DNA of 13,873 nucleotides from Candidatus Dadabacteria bacterium. Its GTDB lineage: Bacteria > Desulfobacterota_D > UBA1144 > Nemesobacterales > CSP1-2. The notes under the pieces were generated by a model. That model worked only from the letters and a program-made list of their open reading frames with translations. It had not been told where the DNA came from and did no database searches. The translations under genes were made by a program, and so were the position numbers. The DNA lies in contig PSLL01000020.1 in assembly GCA_040289575.1 (NCBI GenBank), forward strand, positions 33,258 through 47,130, written 5' to 3'. Shown here in pieces: positions 1-8,055 of this stretch; within the stretch, counting starts at the first letter, position 1, and each line of letters starts with the position of its first letter.

Positions 1-219
1 TATTCTTGTCCAAAGAGGCAGAACGGCTCTCAGACAACCGTTCTGCGTTCACATATATCAGGAAAGTGCCAATGAGCTTGCAAAATCATGCATGTATTAA
101 GGGTAACATCATTTAGCAAATAAGCGCACCATTAGTACGAAAGAAAAAACAAAAGTAGGAACAGGCCTTAGCCTATTCCAATAACAACTAGTTACTATTA
201 ACCTAAACGGGAGGATGGT

Positions 220-774
220 ATGAAAAGATTAGGTTTATCATTACCCCTTTTCGTGATAATGGTAGGATGTATCGCTGAAACGCCTCAGGAGCCTCCAAGA
301 AGAGAAATCTATAAGAATGAACCAGTCACATTCAGCGCCCCGTATGACGATGTCTGGGCGGCAGCGGTCACGGCGATTGAGGAACTGAAGTGGGATATAA
401 AGAATGCTGACAAAGGAATGGGTATTATACAGCTTAGGACCTCGTATGTATACAACACATCGTTTGGAAAATATGAAAGGGTATACCTAGAGCCTAAAAA
501 CGGCGAATTTGAACATTCAAAAATTAAGCCTTACTTGAGGAAAATATCCTATTATGAGCAGGACGCACCGCCTATTCCTGAATTTGTAAGAGAAACCCTG
601 AATGTAAAAGTAAAAGCCATATCGCCATATGAAACCCAGATCAAAATAAATTATGAGATAATGCCATATTACAACTATAGAATCGGGTACCTCGGCACAG
701 TAAGATCAAAAGGATATGTCGAAAAACGTCTGTTTAAAAGGATACAGGAAATACTAACAAAAAAGGGACAGTAA
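220..774 (+). CDS. Hypothetical lipoprotein (possibly BamC/NlpB- or DUF3568-like helix-grip domain)
   Basis: GGAGGA RBS just upstream. N-terminus MKR, then a hydrophobic stretch and lipobox MVG-C. The segment 'APYDDVWAAAVTAIEELKWDIKNADKGMGII' resembles BamC-like domains; the fold is inferred only. Confidence 0.7.
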   Translation: MKRLGLSLPLFVIMVGCIAETPQEPPRREIYKNEPVTFSAPYDDVWAAAVTAIEELKWDIKNADKGMGIIQLRTSYVYNTSFGKYERVYLEPKNGEFEHSKIKPYLRKISYYEQDAPPIPEFVRETLNVKVKAISPYETQIKINYEIMPYYNYRIGYLGTVRSKGYVEKRLFKRIQEILTKKGQ

Positions 775-792
775 AGACCCCTCGCCTCCTCT

Positions 793-1311
793 TTAAAAAT
801 TCTCTTCATCTTGTTCTCTAAATTTCCCCTTATAAGTCGCCGCGCCTATTGTTCTCTGGAATATAAACTGACATATTGCCGTCCCCGGATATATGCCAAG
901 GGGCATAGGACTAAAGTTACTTATCTCCAGACACTGCTTGTTGCTTATCCCCGGCTGCATGAAACTCGTAGATATGTGCACTAAAAGCCCCAGTCTCGCA
1001 AACCTGCTTCTTCCCTCAAGCCATCCGCAGATGTTGGGAGGGAGTGTTATCTTTTCCCTTGTGATTCCAAGCACCATCTCCCCGGGCATCAAGATCAGGT
1101 GATCCTTGACTGTGATTTTCTCTGTAACATCCTCGTAGTTTGCACCATTCCCAATCCCTACAACCTCCCTTATATTCCTGAATACCCTAAATTCACTACT
1201 GAGATGCAAATCCACCGAGGCAGGACCCAACTGCTCTAATGAGAACGGCTCGATTTTAATATTGCCCTGTTCTATCTCCTTTAGTATCTCATCCCTTGTT
1301 AATATACCCAT
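793..1311 (-). CDS. dcd: dCTP deaminase family protein
   Basis: Motifs ASVDLHL, GRSRFARLG, xPG...LEISN, ICQFIF and C-terminal YKGKF; 172 aa. Confidence 0.88.
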   Translation of the reverse strand: MGILTRDEILKEIEQGNIKIEPFSLEQLGPASVDLHLSSEFRVFRNIREVVGIGNGANYEDVTEKITVKDHLILMPGEMVLGITREKITLPPNICGWLEGRSRFARLGLLVHISTSFMQPGISNKQCLEISNFSPMPLGIYPGTAICQFIFQRTIGAATYKGKFREQDEENF

Positions 1312-1513
1312 TTGGATCCTCAGACGGAGAAATTTGAAAAACCACTTTCTCTAATAAGGACTCAATATCATAAATTATAATCTACATAGAATTCAATCTT
1401 GAGAAAAGATTTATAACTCTAAAGAATGCAGGTCCGCAATAATTGATTATTCCGATATAAAAAATGTGAAACTAATGATTTACTTTAAGTAAACTCTACA
1501 ATATATAAAGAAC

Positions 1514-1522
1514 TGTGGATAA
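1514..1522 (-). promoter_or_regulatory. Perfect DnaA box (TTATCCACA on the minus strand) in an AT-rich intergenic region
   Basis: TGTGGATAA at 1514-1522, with one-mismatch boxes TCATACACA (1628-1636) and TTATACCCA (1672-1680). Function is not established. Confidence 0.35.
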
Positions 1523-1720
1523 GTCCATGAAACCTCAGAGTCAAGTTTAAAATCTGTGAGATACACACAATTATAATCTAAAGTATTAGTTGAGATTAAT
1601 CCTATAAGACTTCATTATCTCTAGTCTTCATACACAGATTATCTTAAAGCTATATTGGAAAACGATAAACGTTATACCCACCGGTTGAGAAGAGAATAGA
1701 GGAGATAATCCAATTTGATT

Positions 1721-2320
1721 TTACCTAACCATCCCGGCAATACGCTCCTCATAAGCCCTAATTTTATCCTCGTGTTGGAGCGTAAGAGCAATATCGTCTA
1801 AGCCCTCAATAAGACACTTCTTCTTAAATGGGTCTATTTCAAATGAGACAGTCCATCTATCATCGTCTCTAAGCGTCTGAGACTCCAAATCCACCATAAG
1901 GCGATAACCCTCTTTGGAAAGAACCTTCTTAAAAAGTTCTTCCACAATATCCTCTGGAAGAACTATAGGAAGCATATCATTCTTAAAACAGTTATTAAAG
2001 AATATATCGGCAAACGAAGGCGCAATGATTACGCGAAACCCATAATCCTTAAGCGCCCATGGGGCGTGCTCACGGGAGCTCCCACAACCAAAATTATTTC
2101 GTGTAAGGAGAATTGCAGCGCCTTTGTATCGCCGATGATTTAAGACAAATTCTGGATTTGGTTTTCCATCCTCCATATATCGCCAATCATAAAAAAGAAA
2201 CTCCCCAAATCCTGTGCGCTCAATCCGCTTTAGGAACTGCTTGGGGATAATTTGATCCGTATCAACATTCACTCTATCCAAAGGAGCAACAATGCCGGTA
2301 AGGGTTTTAAATGGTTCCAT
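1721..2320 (-). CDS. leuD: 3-isopropylmalate dehydratase small subunit
   Basis: [37 protein letters not shown] and GLDDI motifs; AGGAG RBS; adjacent to leuC. Confidence 0.97.
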   Translation of the reverse strand: MEPFKTLTGIVAPLDRVNVDTDQIIPKQFLKRIERTGFGEFLFYDWRYMEDGKPNPEFVLNHRRYKGAAILLTRNNFGCGSSREHAPWALKDYGFRVIIAPSFADIFFNNCFKNDMLPIVLPEDIVEELFKKVLSKEGYRLMVDLESQTLRDDDRWTVSFEIDPFKKKCLIEGLDDIALTLQHEDKIRAYEERIAGMVR

Positions 2321-2341
2321 TTTAATCTCCTTTCATATTCA

Positions 2342-2368
2342 TTTGTGTTCTTCGTGTTAATTCGTGTT
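2342..2368. repeat. Three tandem TTYGTGTT units in the leuC-leuD spacer
   Basis: TTTGTGTT 2342-2349, TTCGTGTT 2351-2358, TTCGTGTT 2361-2368. Confidence 0.6.
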
Positions 2369-2378
2369 TAACACTTAC

Positions 2379-3788
2379 TTATTCCAGTTTCCACTCACGT
2401 ACGTCCACAAAATGTCCCTCTATTGCCGCTGCCGCTGCCATAATTGGACTTACGAGATGGGTTCTTCCACCCTTTCCCTGACGGCCTTCAAAATTCCTGT
2501 TTGATGTGCTCGCGCACCGCTCTCCGGGGGCAAGTATATCGGGATTCATACCCAAACACATACTGCATCCGGATTCGCGCCACTCGAACCCAGCCTCCTT
2601 GAAGATTCTATCGAGTCCGAGTTTTTCAGCCTGAAGCTTTACCATCTGAGAGCCGGGCACAACCATTGCACGCAGATGTGGAGCCACCTTTTTCCCTTCT
2701 ACCACACGCGCGGCAGCAGTTAAATCTTCGATCCTAGAATTCGTGCACGAGCCGATGAAAACCCTATCCAATTTAATCTCCTGAATAGGCAATCCAGGGG
2801 TGAGTCCCATGTATTCGAGGGCCTGCCTGGCGGCCTTTCGATCGTTGGGGTCTGAGAAAGACTCAGGATCGGGCACAACTCCGGTTACATCTGTAACCAT
2901 TCCAGGGCTAGTTCCCCAACTGACCTGAGGGGCCATCCGAGATGCATCGAGCACAACCCTTTTATCAAAAACGGCTCCATCATCCGTCTTGAGTTCTCTC
3001 CACATCTCAAGAGCCTTCTCAAAATCCCTCTCTTTCGGAGCGTATCGCCTTCCCTCTAAGTACCTAAATGTTTTCTCATCCGGTGCAATCATTCCCGCAC
3101 GCGCCCCTGCCTCAATGGACATGTTGCAAATCGTCATTCTCTCTTCCATAGAAAGAGCCTCTATCGCGTCGCCTCTATATTCAACCACCGTGCCTGTTGC
3201 ACCCGCAGTTCCGATATGACCGATGACACTTAGTATTATATCCTTGGCTGTGACCCCTTTCGCCCTATGTCCTTCAACACGCACCTCAAAAACCCTCGGA
3301 CGGTTCTGCCATAGGCACTGCGTGGCAAGCACATGTTCCACCTCAGTCGTCCCGATTCCAAATGCAAGCGCCCCAAAAGCCCCGTGAGTGGACGTGTGGC
3401 TGTCTCCACAGACTATAGTCATTCCAGGTTTGGTAAGTCCAAGCTCAGGACCAATTACATGGACAATCCCCTGATTGGGGCTCTTGAGGTCAAAGAGCGT
3501 TATGCCAAACTCTCTACAGTTTCTCCTGAGGGTGTCTATCTGCTTTGCAGAGATTGGGTCTTCAATAGGAAGTGATCTATCACTTGTCGGAACGTTATGG
3601 TCCATTGTTGCAAAAGTAAGATCGGGCCTTCGTACTCGCCTTCCTGAAAGGCGGAGTCCTTCAAAGGCTTGAGGAGAAGTAACCTCATGAACGAGATGAA
3701 GATCAATATAGAGGAGCGCGGTTTTTCCCGGCTCTTCATAAATCACATGAGCATCCCAAATCTTATCAAAAAGTGTCTTAGGTACCAT
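2379..3788 (-). CDS. leuC: 3-isopropylmalate dehydratase large subunit
   Basis: [21 protein letters not shown], Fe-S ligand motifs IGSCTN and [21 protein letters not shown]; 469 aa. Confidence 0.98.
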   Translation of the reverse strand: MVPKTLFDKIWDAHVIYEEPGKTALLYIDLHLVHEVTSPQAFEGLRLSGRRVRRPDLTFATMDHNVPTSDRSLPIEDPISAKQIDTLRRNCREFGITLFDLKSPNQGIVHVIGPELGLTKPGMTIVCGDSHTSTHGAFGALAFGIGTTEVEHVLATQCLWQNRPRVFEVRVEGHRAKGVTAKDIILSVIGHIGTAGATGTVVEYRGDAIEALSMEERMTICNMSIEAGARAGMIAPDEKTFRYLEGRRYAPKERDFEKALEMWRELKTDDGAVFDKRVVLDASRMAPQVSWGTSPGMVTDVTGVVPDPESFSDPNDRKAARQALEYMGLTPGLPIQEIKLDRVFIGSCTNSRIEDLTAAARVVEGKKVAPHLRAMVVPGSQMVKLQAEKLGLDRIFKEAGFEWRESGCSMCLGMNPDILAPGERCASTSNRNFEGRQGKGGRTHLVSPIMAAAAAIEGHFVDVREWKLE

Positions 3789-3876
3789 CTTTATTTTCTT
3801 CCTAGATGAATTGTTAAATTCTGATTATTATACATGAAAGTCCACCGTATGGGCAGACCGATCTGGATTTCATTCC

Positions 3877-4878
3877 TTAAACTATCACCTCTTTCTTCAT
3901 CCTCATAAGAAGCCAGAGAAAGAATACGCCTCCGCAAGAAGCAGTGATTATTCCGACCGGAATTTCAACGGGGGAGAGAATCGTTCTGGATACGGTATCC
4001 GCAGCCGTAAGAAATGATGCCCCAAGGAGGAATGAACAGGGAATTAGGATTCGGTTGTCAACCCCTATAATCATCCTGAGTACGTGTGGAATTATGAGTC
4101 CCACAAACCCAATTGGACCTGTTGCCGAAATAACCGCACTTGCGGCAAGGGATGTGGCAAAATATATTGTCTTTTCCATTCTGTTCACATCCACCCCAAG
4201 TGAAGAAGCAACATCGTCTCCAAGAGCAAATAGGTTCATGTTCTTTGTTATAGAAAAGAGAATGAGACACCCGGGGGCTGCAAAAATGAGCGTTTTCCAG
4301 ATTGTATCAAATCCCACGACATCAAGACTCCCCATAATCCATCTTACTGTTTGAAGCGATTGAGTAAAGTCGGAGAAGAACTGTATAAAGAGCACCAATG
4401 CTGAATAGAGAAAATTCGCCACAACCCCCGCAAGAAGAAGCCTCCCAGTAGAGACAACGCCACGCACCTTAGAAACAGAATAGACAAAGAAAATGGTAAG
4501 AATAGAAAACACAAAGGCAAAAATCTCAATGGATGAAAATCCAATTAGTGTCTCTGCAAGCCCAAGCCTTATAGCTATGAGCGCGCCGAGAGATGCTCCG
4601 CCTGAGACACCGAGTGTAAAAGGACACGCAAGTGGGTTTCTAAAAAGCGCCTGGAGCGAAGCGCCCGAGATCGCGAGTACCCCACCAGCCACTGCCGCCA
4701 TAAGTACCCTCGGAACTCTAATCTGAAAATATATTGTCCTCGATATTTCGTCTCCAGAGAAAATCGCCTTAATCGGATTTATCTCATAAGTTCCCGAAAA
4801 TACACTTATTACTGCAACAATAATCCAAAGTATAAAAAGTAAACTGAATGAAAATAAAAGCTTCTTCTTAGCACTCAT
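3877..4878 (-). CDS. btuC: FecCD/BtuC-family ABC transporter permease (likely cobalamin)
   Basis: Multiple hydrophobic segments; IRVPR, LFRNPLAxP and GPIGFVGLIIPH motifs. Start moved to ATG 4878 (MSAKKK), which removes the overlap with the ATPase gene. Substrate inferred from the riboswitch. Confidence 0.88.
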   Translation of the reverse strand: MSAKKKLLFSFSLLFILWIIVAVISVFSGTYEINPIKAIFSGDEISRTIYFQIRVPRVLMAAVAGGVLAISGASLQALFRNPLACPFTLGVSGGASLGALIAIRLGLAETLIGFSSIEIFAFVFSILTIFFVYSVSKVRGVVSTGRLLLAGVVANFLYSALVLFIQFFSDFTQSLQTVRWIMGSLDVVGFDTIWKTLIFAAPGCLILFSITKNMNLFALGDDVASSLGVDVNRMEKTIYFATSLAASAVISATGPIGFVGLIIPHVLRMIIGVDNRILIPCSFLLGASFLTAADTVSRTILSPVEIPVGIITASCGGVFFLWLLMRMKKEVIV

Positions 4879-4894
4879 CGTGTCTATCAAAGAA

Positions 4895-5668
4895 TCACTC
4901 CATAGGTAGAACGAATACCTTTCCATCCTCCCTTCTTACACTCACCGCTATTCCGTATACGGCAGTAATTATGTTTTCTTTGAGTATCTCCTCAGTAACC
5001 CCTTCGGCAAATACCCTTCCATCTTTTAGCATTACGATTTCATCAAAGTAAAATAGAGCGGAAAATATGTCGTGTGTCGCCGCAACAACCGATATACCTC
5101 TCTCCTCTCTAAGCCTGTTTAGAAGTTTCATAATCTCAGTTTTGTGCTTTATATCGAGAAACGTTGCAGGCTCGTCGAGAATCATAATCTCTGGCTCCTG
5201 AGCAAGGGCGCGGGCAAGGGATACAAGCTGCCTTTCCCCACCTGAGATCTCCGTGACAAGTCTGTCTTGGATATGAGTAATCCCTACAGTCTCCATGGCA
5301 TTAAAAGCGGCTTCCAAATCACGCTCCCTTTCAAATTCAAACCTTCCAATATAAGGTGCCCTTCCCATAAGCACAACCTCGGCAACAGTGAATGGAAAAC
5401 CGAATGTCGAACTCTGAGGAACATAGGCAATCTTCTTTGCTAATTCTCTTCTGTCCAGCTTTTTGATTTCTTCTGTTTTATAAAACAGTCTTCCGCTTTT
5501 TAGATTTAGAATCCCGCAGAGGATTTTAAGAAGCGTGGACTTTCCGGCGCCGTTTGCACCAAGAAGTCCTATCATCCTTCCTCTGCCAATGGATATATTA
5601 ATCCCCTTCAATACCTCCACTCCGTCATAAGAGAACCTGATATTTTCGCCTCTAATTATCGTTTCCAT
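4895..5668 (-). CDS. btuD: ABC transporter ATP-binding protein (BtuD/FhuC family)
   Basis: Walker A GANGAGKST, Q-loop YVPQ, signature ISGGERQ, Walker B MILDEP and H-loop THD; operon context. Confidence 0.88.
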   Translation of the reverse strand: METIIRGENIRFSYDGVEVLKGINISIGRGRMIGLLGANGAGKSTLLKILCGILNLKSGRLFYKTEEIKKLDRRELAKKIAYVPQSSTFGFPFTVAEVVLMGRAPYIGRFEFERERDLEAAFNAMETVGITHIQDRLVTEISGGERQLVSLARALAQEPEIMILDEPATFLDIKHKTEIMKLLNRLREERGISVVAATHDIFSALFYFDEIVMLKDGRVFAEGVTEEILKENIITAVYGIAVSVRREDGKVFVLPME

Positions 5669-5704
5669 AAATTACTCAGCCACAAACGAACACGAATAAA
5701 TTAG

Positions 5705-5917
5705 GGAGCTTGTCTAGAACAGGATTATAAACTAGCCTGTAGCTATGGCAAGCAAATGGGTAAAAAACGCTAAACTCAGTAATAGGCAGATAGGAAAATT
5801 CATTGACTATTTTGTGCTTTAAGGAAACGGAGTTAGATTTAATCACAGGAATAAAGATCTACGGGAACTTATAAAAGACATTTTGAAAAGGAGCTATTGA
5901 TCTCCTAGACAAGCTCC
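5705..5917 (+). mobile_element. Non-autonomous, internally deleted IS1595-family (IS1016-like) element / MITE, 213 bp
   Basis: Perfect 13-bp terminal inverted repeats GGAGCTTGTCTAG (5705-5717) and CTAGACAAGCTCC (5905-5917). Flanking direct repeats TAAATTAG (5697-5704) and TAAATTAA (5918-5925). The interior carries transposase-like N- and C-terminal fragments. Confidence 0.8.
5745..5900 (+). pseudogene. Remnant of an IS1595/IS1016-type transposase (N- and C-termini only)
   Basis: MASKWVKNAKLSNRQIGKFIDYFVL* (5745-5822), then KETE and, after a frameshift, RFNHRNKDLRELIKDILKRSY* (5835-5900). This matches the IS1595-type C-terminal 'LKExExRFN' motif from memory. Confidence 0.65.
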
Positions 5918-5930
5918 TAAATTAATTATC

Positions 5931-5953
5931 ACAGGTTTGAAACCCGTCCCTAC
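5931..5953 (-). repeat. GTAG-family REP-like palindrome (partial)
   Basis: The minus strand reads GTAG-GGACGGGTTTCAAACCTGT: a GTAG foot followed by an imperfect hairpin. Confidence 0.5.
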
Positions 5954-5983
5954 AAAACACAAAATTTCTTTTCCATTCGTGGT

Positions 5984-6862
5984 TCAATAACCGTTTCCAT
6001 ATTTTTTAAAAATCTCAGGATGTAAAATCTCAGCAAGGGTTCTGGTAGCTTCAGCGACTCTCTGGCTTGGATGAAGTATGGTTGTATCCGTTAGAATATA
6101 GACTCCTTTGTTTTTCACCGCAGATACATCCTTAAGTTCATCCCAAACTTTGATGGCTTCATCCTTATTTATTCTTTCGTGATTTACCTCAACTATGACA
6201 TCAGGATTAAGAGAGAGAATCGCCTCTTTTGAAACCTTCACAGAGAACACATCGTTTTTTACAACATTTTCTCCCCCTGCAATGCTTATAATCTCATTTA
6301 TATAACTCTTCTTGGCTATGACGTATATGTCCTCAAGCGTCCCAGGATTTCTCCCCACGACAAAAAGAACTCGCTTGGGATAGACGCCCGCCGTTTTTTT
6401 TCTAATTTCACCCAACCTAGATTCGAATTTTTCTGTAACTTCTCTTGCTTCTTTATCCTTCCCCAAGGCCTTTCCAATCTTGAGTATAGAATCCGATATG
6501 CCTTTAATTGTCGTGCTATCTACAGAGAGTGTTTCTAGTCCCAATCTCCTGATTTTGTCGCCAAAGATTTTATCCTGATCTTTAATCATTATTGCCAAGT
6601 CTGGTTTAAGTGCAACTATCGCCTCAAGATTCGGATTAATCCATCCGCCGACTGTGGGAAGATTTTTAACCTCCGGCGGGAAATCCGAATATATCGTGAC
6701 CCCAACAACGCTCTTCCATGCTCCAAGACCGTATACGATCTCATCTATATTTGGGGAAAGAGAGACGATTCTCTTAGGAAAACCCTCTGCCGGATAAGAG
6801 ACTTTCGCTAACAAGACAAAAGTAATGAGGAAAGGCAAAGCTTTTCTTATTATGTCTCCCAT
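5984..6862 (-). CDS. btuF: Exported cobalamin-binding protein (BtuF-like, helical-backbone family)
   Basis: Signal peptide followed by PKRIVSLSP, NPNLEAIVALKPDL, AGGEN and SAVKNKGVY. Start placed at ATG 6862, which has an AAAGGA RBS, rather than GTG 6931. Confidence 0.85.
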   Translation of the reverse strand: MGDIIRKALPFLITFVLLAKVSYPAEGFPKRIVSLSPNIDEIVYGLGAWKSVVGVTIYSDFPPEVKNLPTVGGWINPNLEAIVALKPDLAIMIKDQDKIFGDKIRRLGLETLSVDSTTIKGISDSILKIGKALGKDKEAREVTEKFESRLGEIRKKTAGVYPKRVLFVVGRNPGTLEDIYVIAKKSYINEIISIAGGENVVKNDVFSVKVSKEAILSLNPDVIVEVNHERINKDEAIKVWDELKDVSAVKNKGVYILTDTTILHPSQRVAEATRTLAEILHPEIFKKYGNGY

Positions 6863-7043
6863 TTGAACAATTCCTTTTATCCATACAGTCACAAACCGCA
6901 CTCGTAGAGAGTCATACACCGTCCTTCCCACCGCTCCATGACAAGAGTATCTTTTCTTTCACAGCCAGATTTCCTCGAAACAAAGATTATTGTTGCTCAG
7001 TACTTACCAAGAATTATCCGAGAAATTCAGTATAAAACATCAA

Positions 7044-7988
7044 TCATCCCAAAAAAGCCTGGAGGTGCATATAGTTTCTGAGATTTAGCACCGAGTCGTG
7101 TGGAATCTCATAAGTGCAGATCTCCGGATGTAATATCTTTGCCATTATCTCTAGACCATCTACAACCCTGGGGCCAGGCCTGCTAAAGTACGAATTTGCA
7201 TCTACCAGATAAACGTGGCCCTTCTTTACAGCGGGAATACGATGCCAATATTTGCTTGAAGTTAGAATATCCACTTCCTTAAGTGTTCTCTCAATATTAA
7301 ACCCACATGGCATAAGAACTACAACCTGAGGGGCAAAGTCCAAAATCTCATCCCATGAGACTCGAAAAGACGGCTCGCCAGTTTTCCCAAATCCACACTC
7401 CCCTCCCGCAATCTCTACCATCTCAGGAATCCAGTGTCCTGCCGTATATGGCGGATCGAGCCATTCCATACAGAAAACCCTCGGCCGGTCCCTCTCTTCG
7501 CGGAGAAGAGACCGAACCGCCTCGATTCTCAATCTAAGATTATTTACCAACTTCTCCGCTTGTTTCCTTCTCTCCGTTGCCTCCCCGATAATCATAATCG
7601 TATCGAGGATTCCGTCCAGCGTCCTAGGTTCTAAGGAAATTATTTGAATCTCGTGACCCAAAACCCTTACTGCCTCTACAACCTCATTTCCCGACACGGC
7701 GCAGACATCGCACAGCTCCTGTGTCAAAATCAAATCCGGATTAGCTTCAATTAGAGGTTCTCTATCTACGATATACGTGCTTTTCCCGGCCCTATAGTTT
7801 TCACTCACCAGGCTATCTATTTCATTGCTCGTCAAATCTTCGGGCTTTATGAGGCTCCCAATAACCCTGGGCTTACCCTTTGCCTCAGGTGGCCAGTCGC
7901 ATTCGTGTGTTACTCCAACCAAATTATCCTCTAAACCCAACGCATAAATAATCTCCGTCGCACTCGGAAGAAATGAACAGATACGCAT
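7044..7988 (-). CDS. BtuF-fold 'cobalamin-binding' protein lacking a signal peptide, Cys-rich
   Basis: Begins MRICSFLPSATE; motifs THECDWP, TQELCDVCAV, EWLDPP, GHWIPEMV, MPCGF and SRPGPR. Strong GGAGGT RBS. Confidence 0.85.
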   Translation of the reverse strand: MRICSFLPSATEIIYALGLEDNLVGVTHECDWPPEAKGKPRVIGSLIKPEDLTSNEIDSLVSENYRAGKSTYIVDREPLIEANPDLILTQELCDVCAVSGNEVVEAVRVLGHEIQIISLEPRTLDGILDTIMIIGEATERRKQAEKLVNNLRLRIEAVRSLLREERDRPRVFCMEWLDPPYTAGHWIPEMVEIAGGECGFGKTGEPSFRVSWDEILDFAPQVVVLMPCGFNIERTLKEVDILTSSKYWHRIPAVKKGHVYLVDANSYFSRPGPRVVDGLEIMAKILHPEICTYEIPHDSVLNLRNYMHLQAFLG

Positions 7989-8055
7989 GACACCTCCCCA
8001 ACACAGAATTCGCTAAATATATCTTTAACTACTTTAGGGCTAGATTCAAGCACAA

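Noticed and set aside
2342..2368. Tandem repeats as a CRISPR array
   Set aside because: The units are about 10 bp with no spacers, and there are no cas genes in the window.
4879..4926. Longer start for the permease (ATG 4926)
   Set aside because: It overlaps the ATPase 3' end; ATG 4878 gives a typical basic N-terminus followed by the first TM helix.
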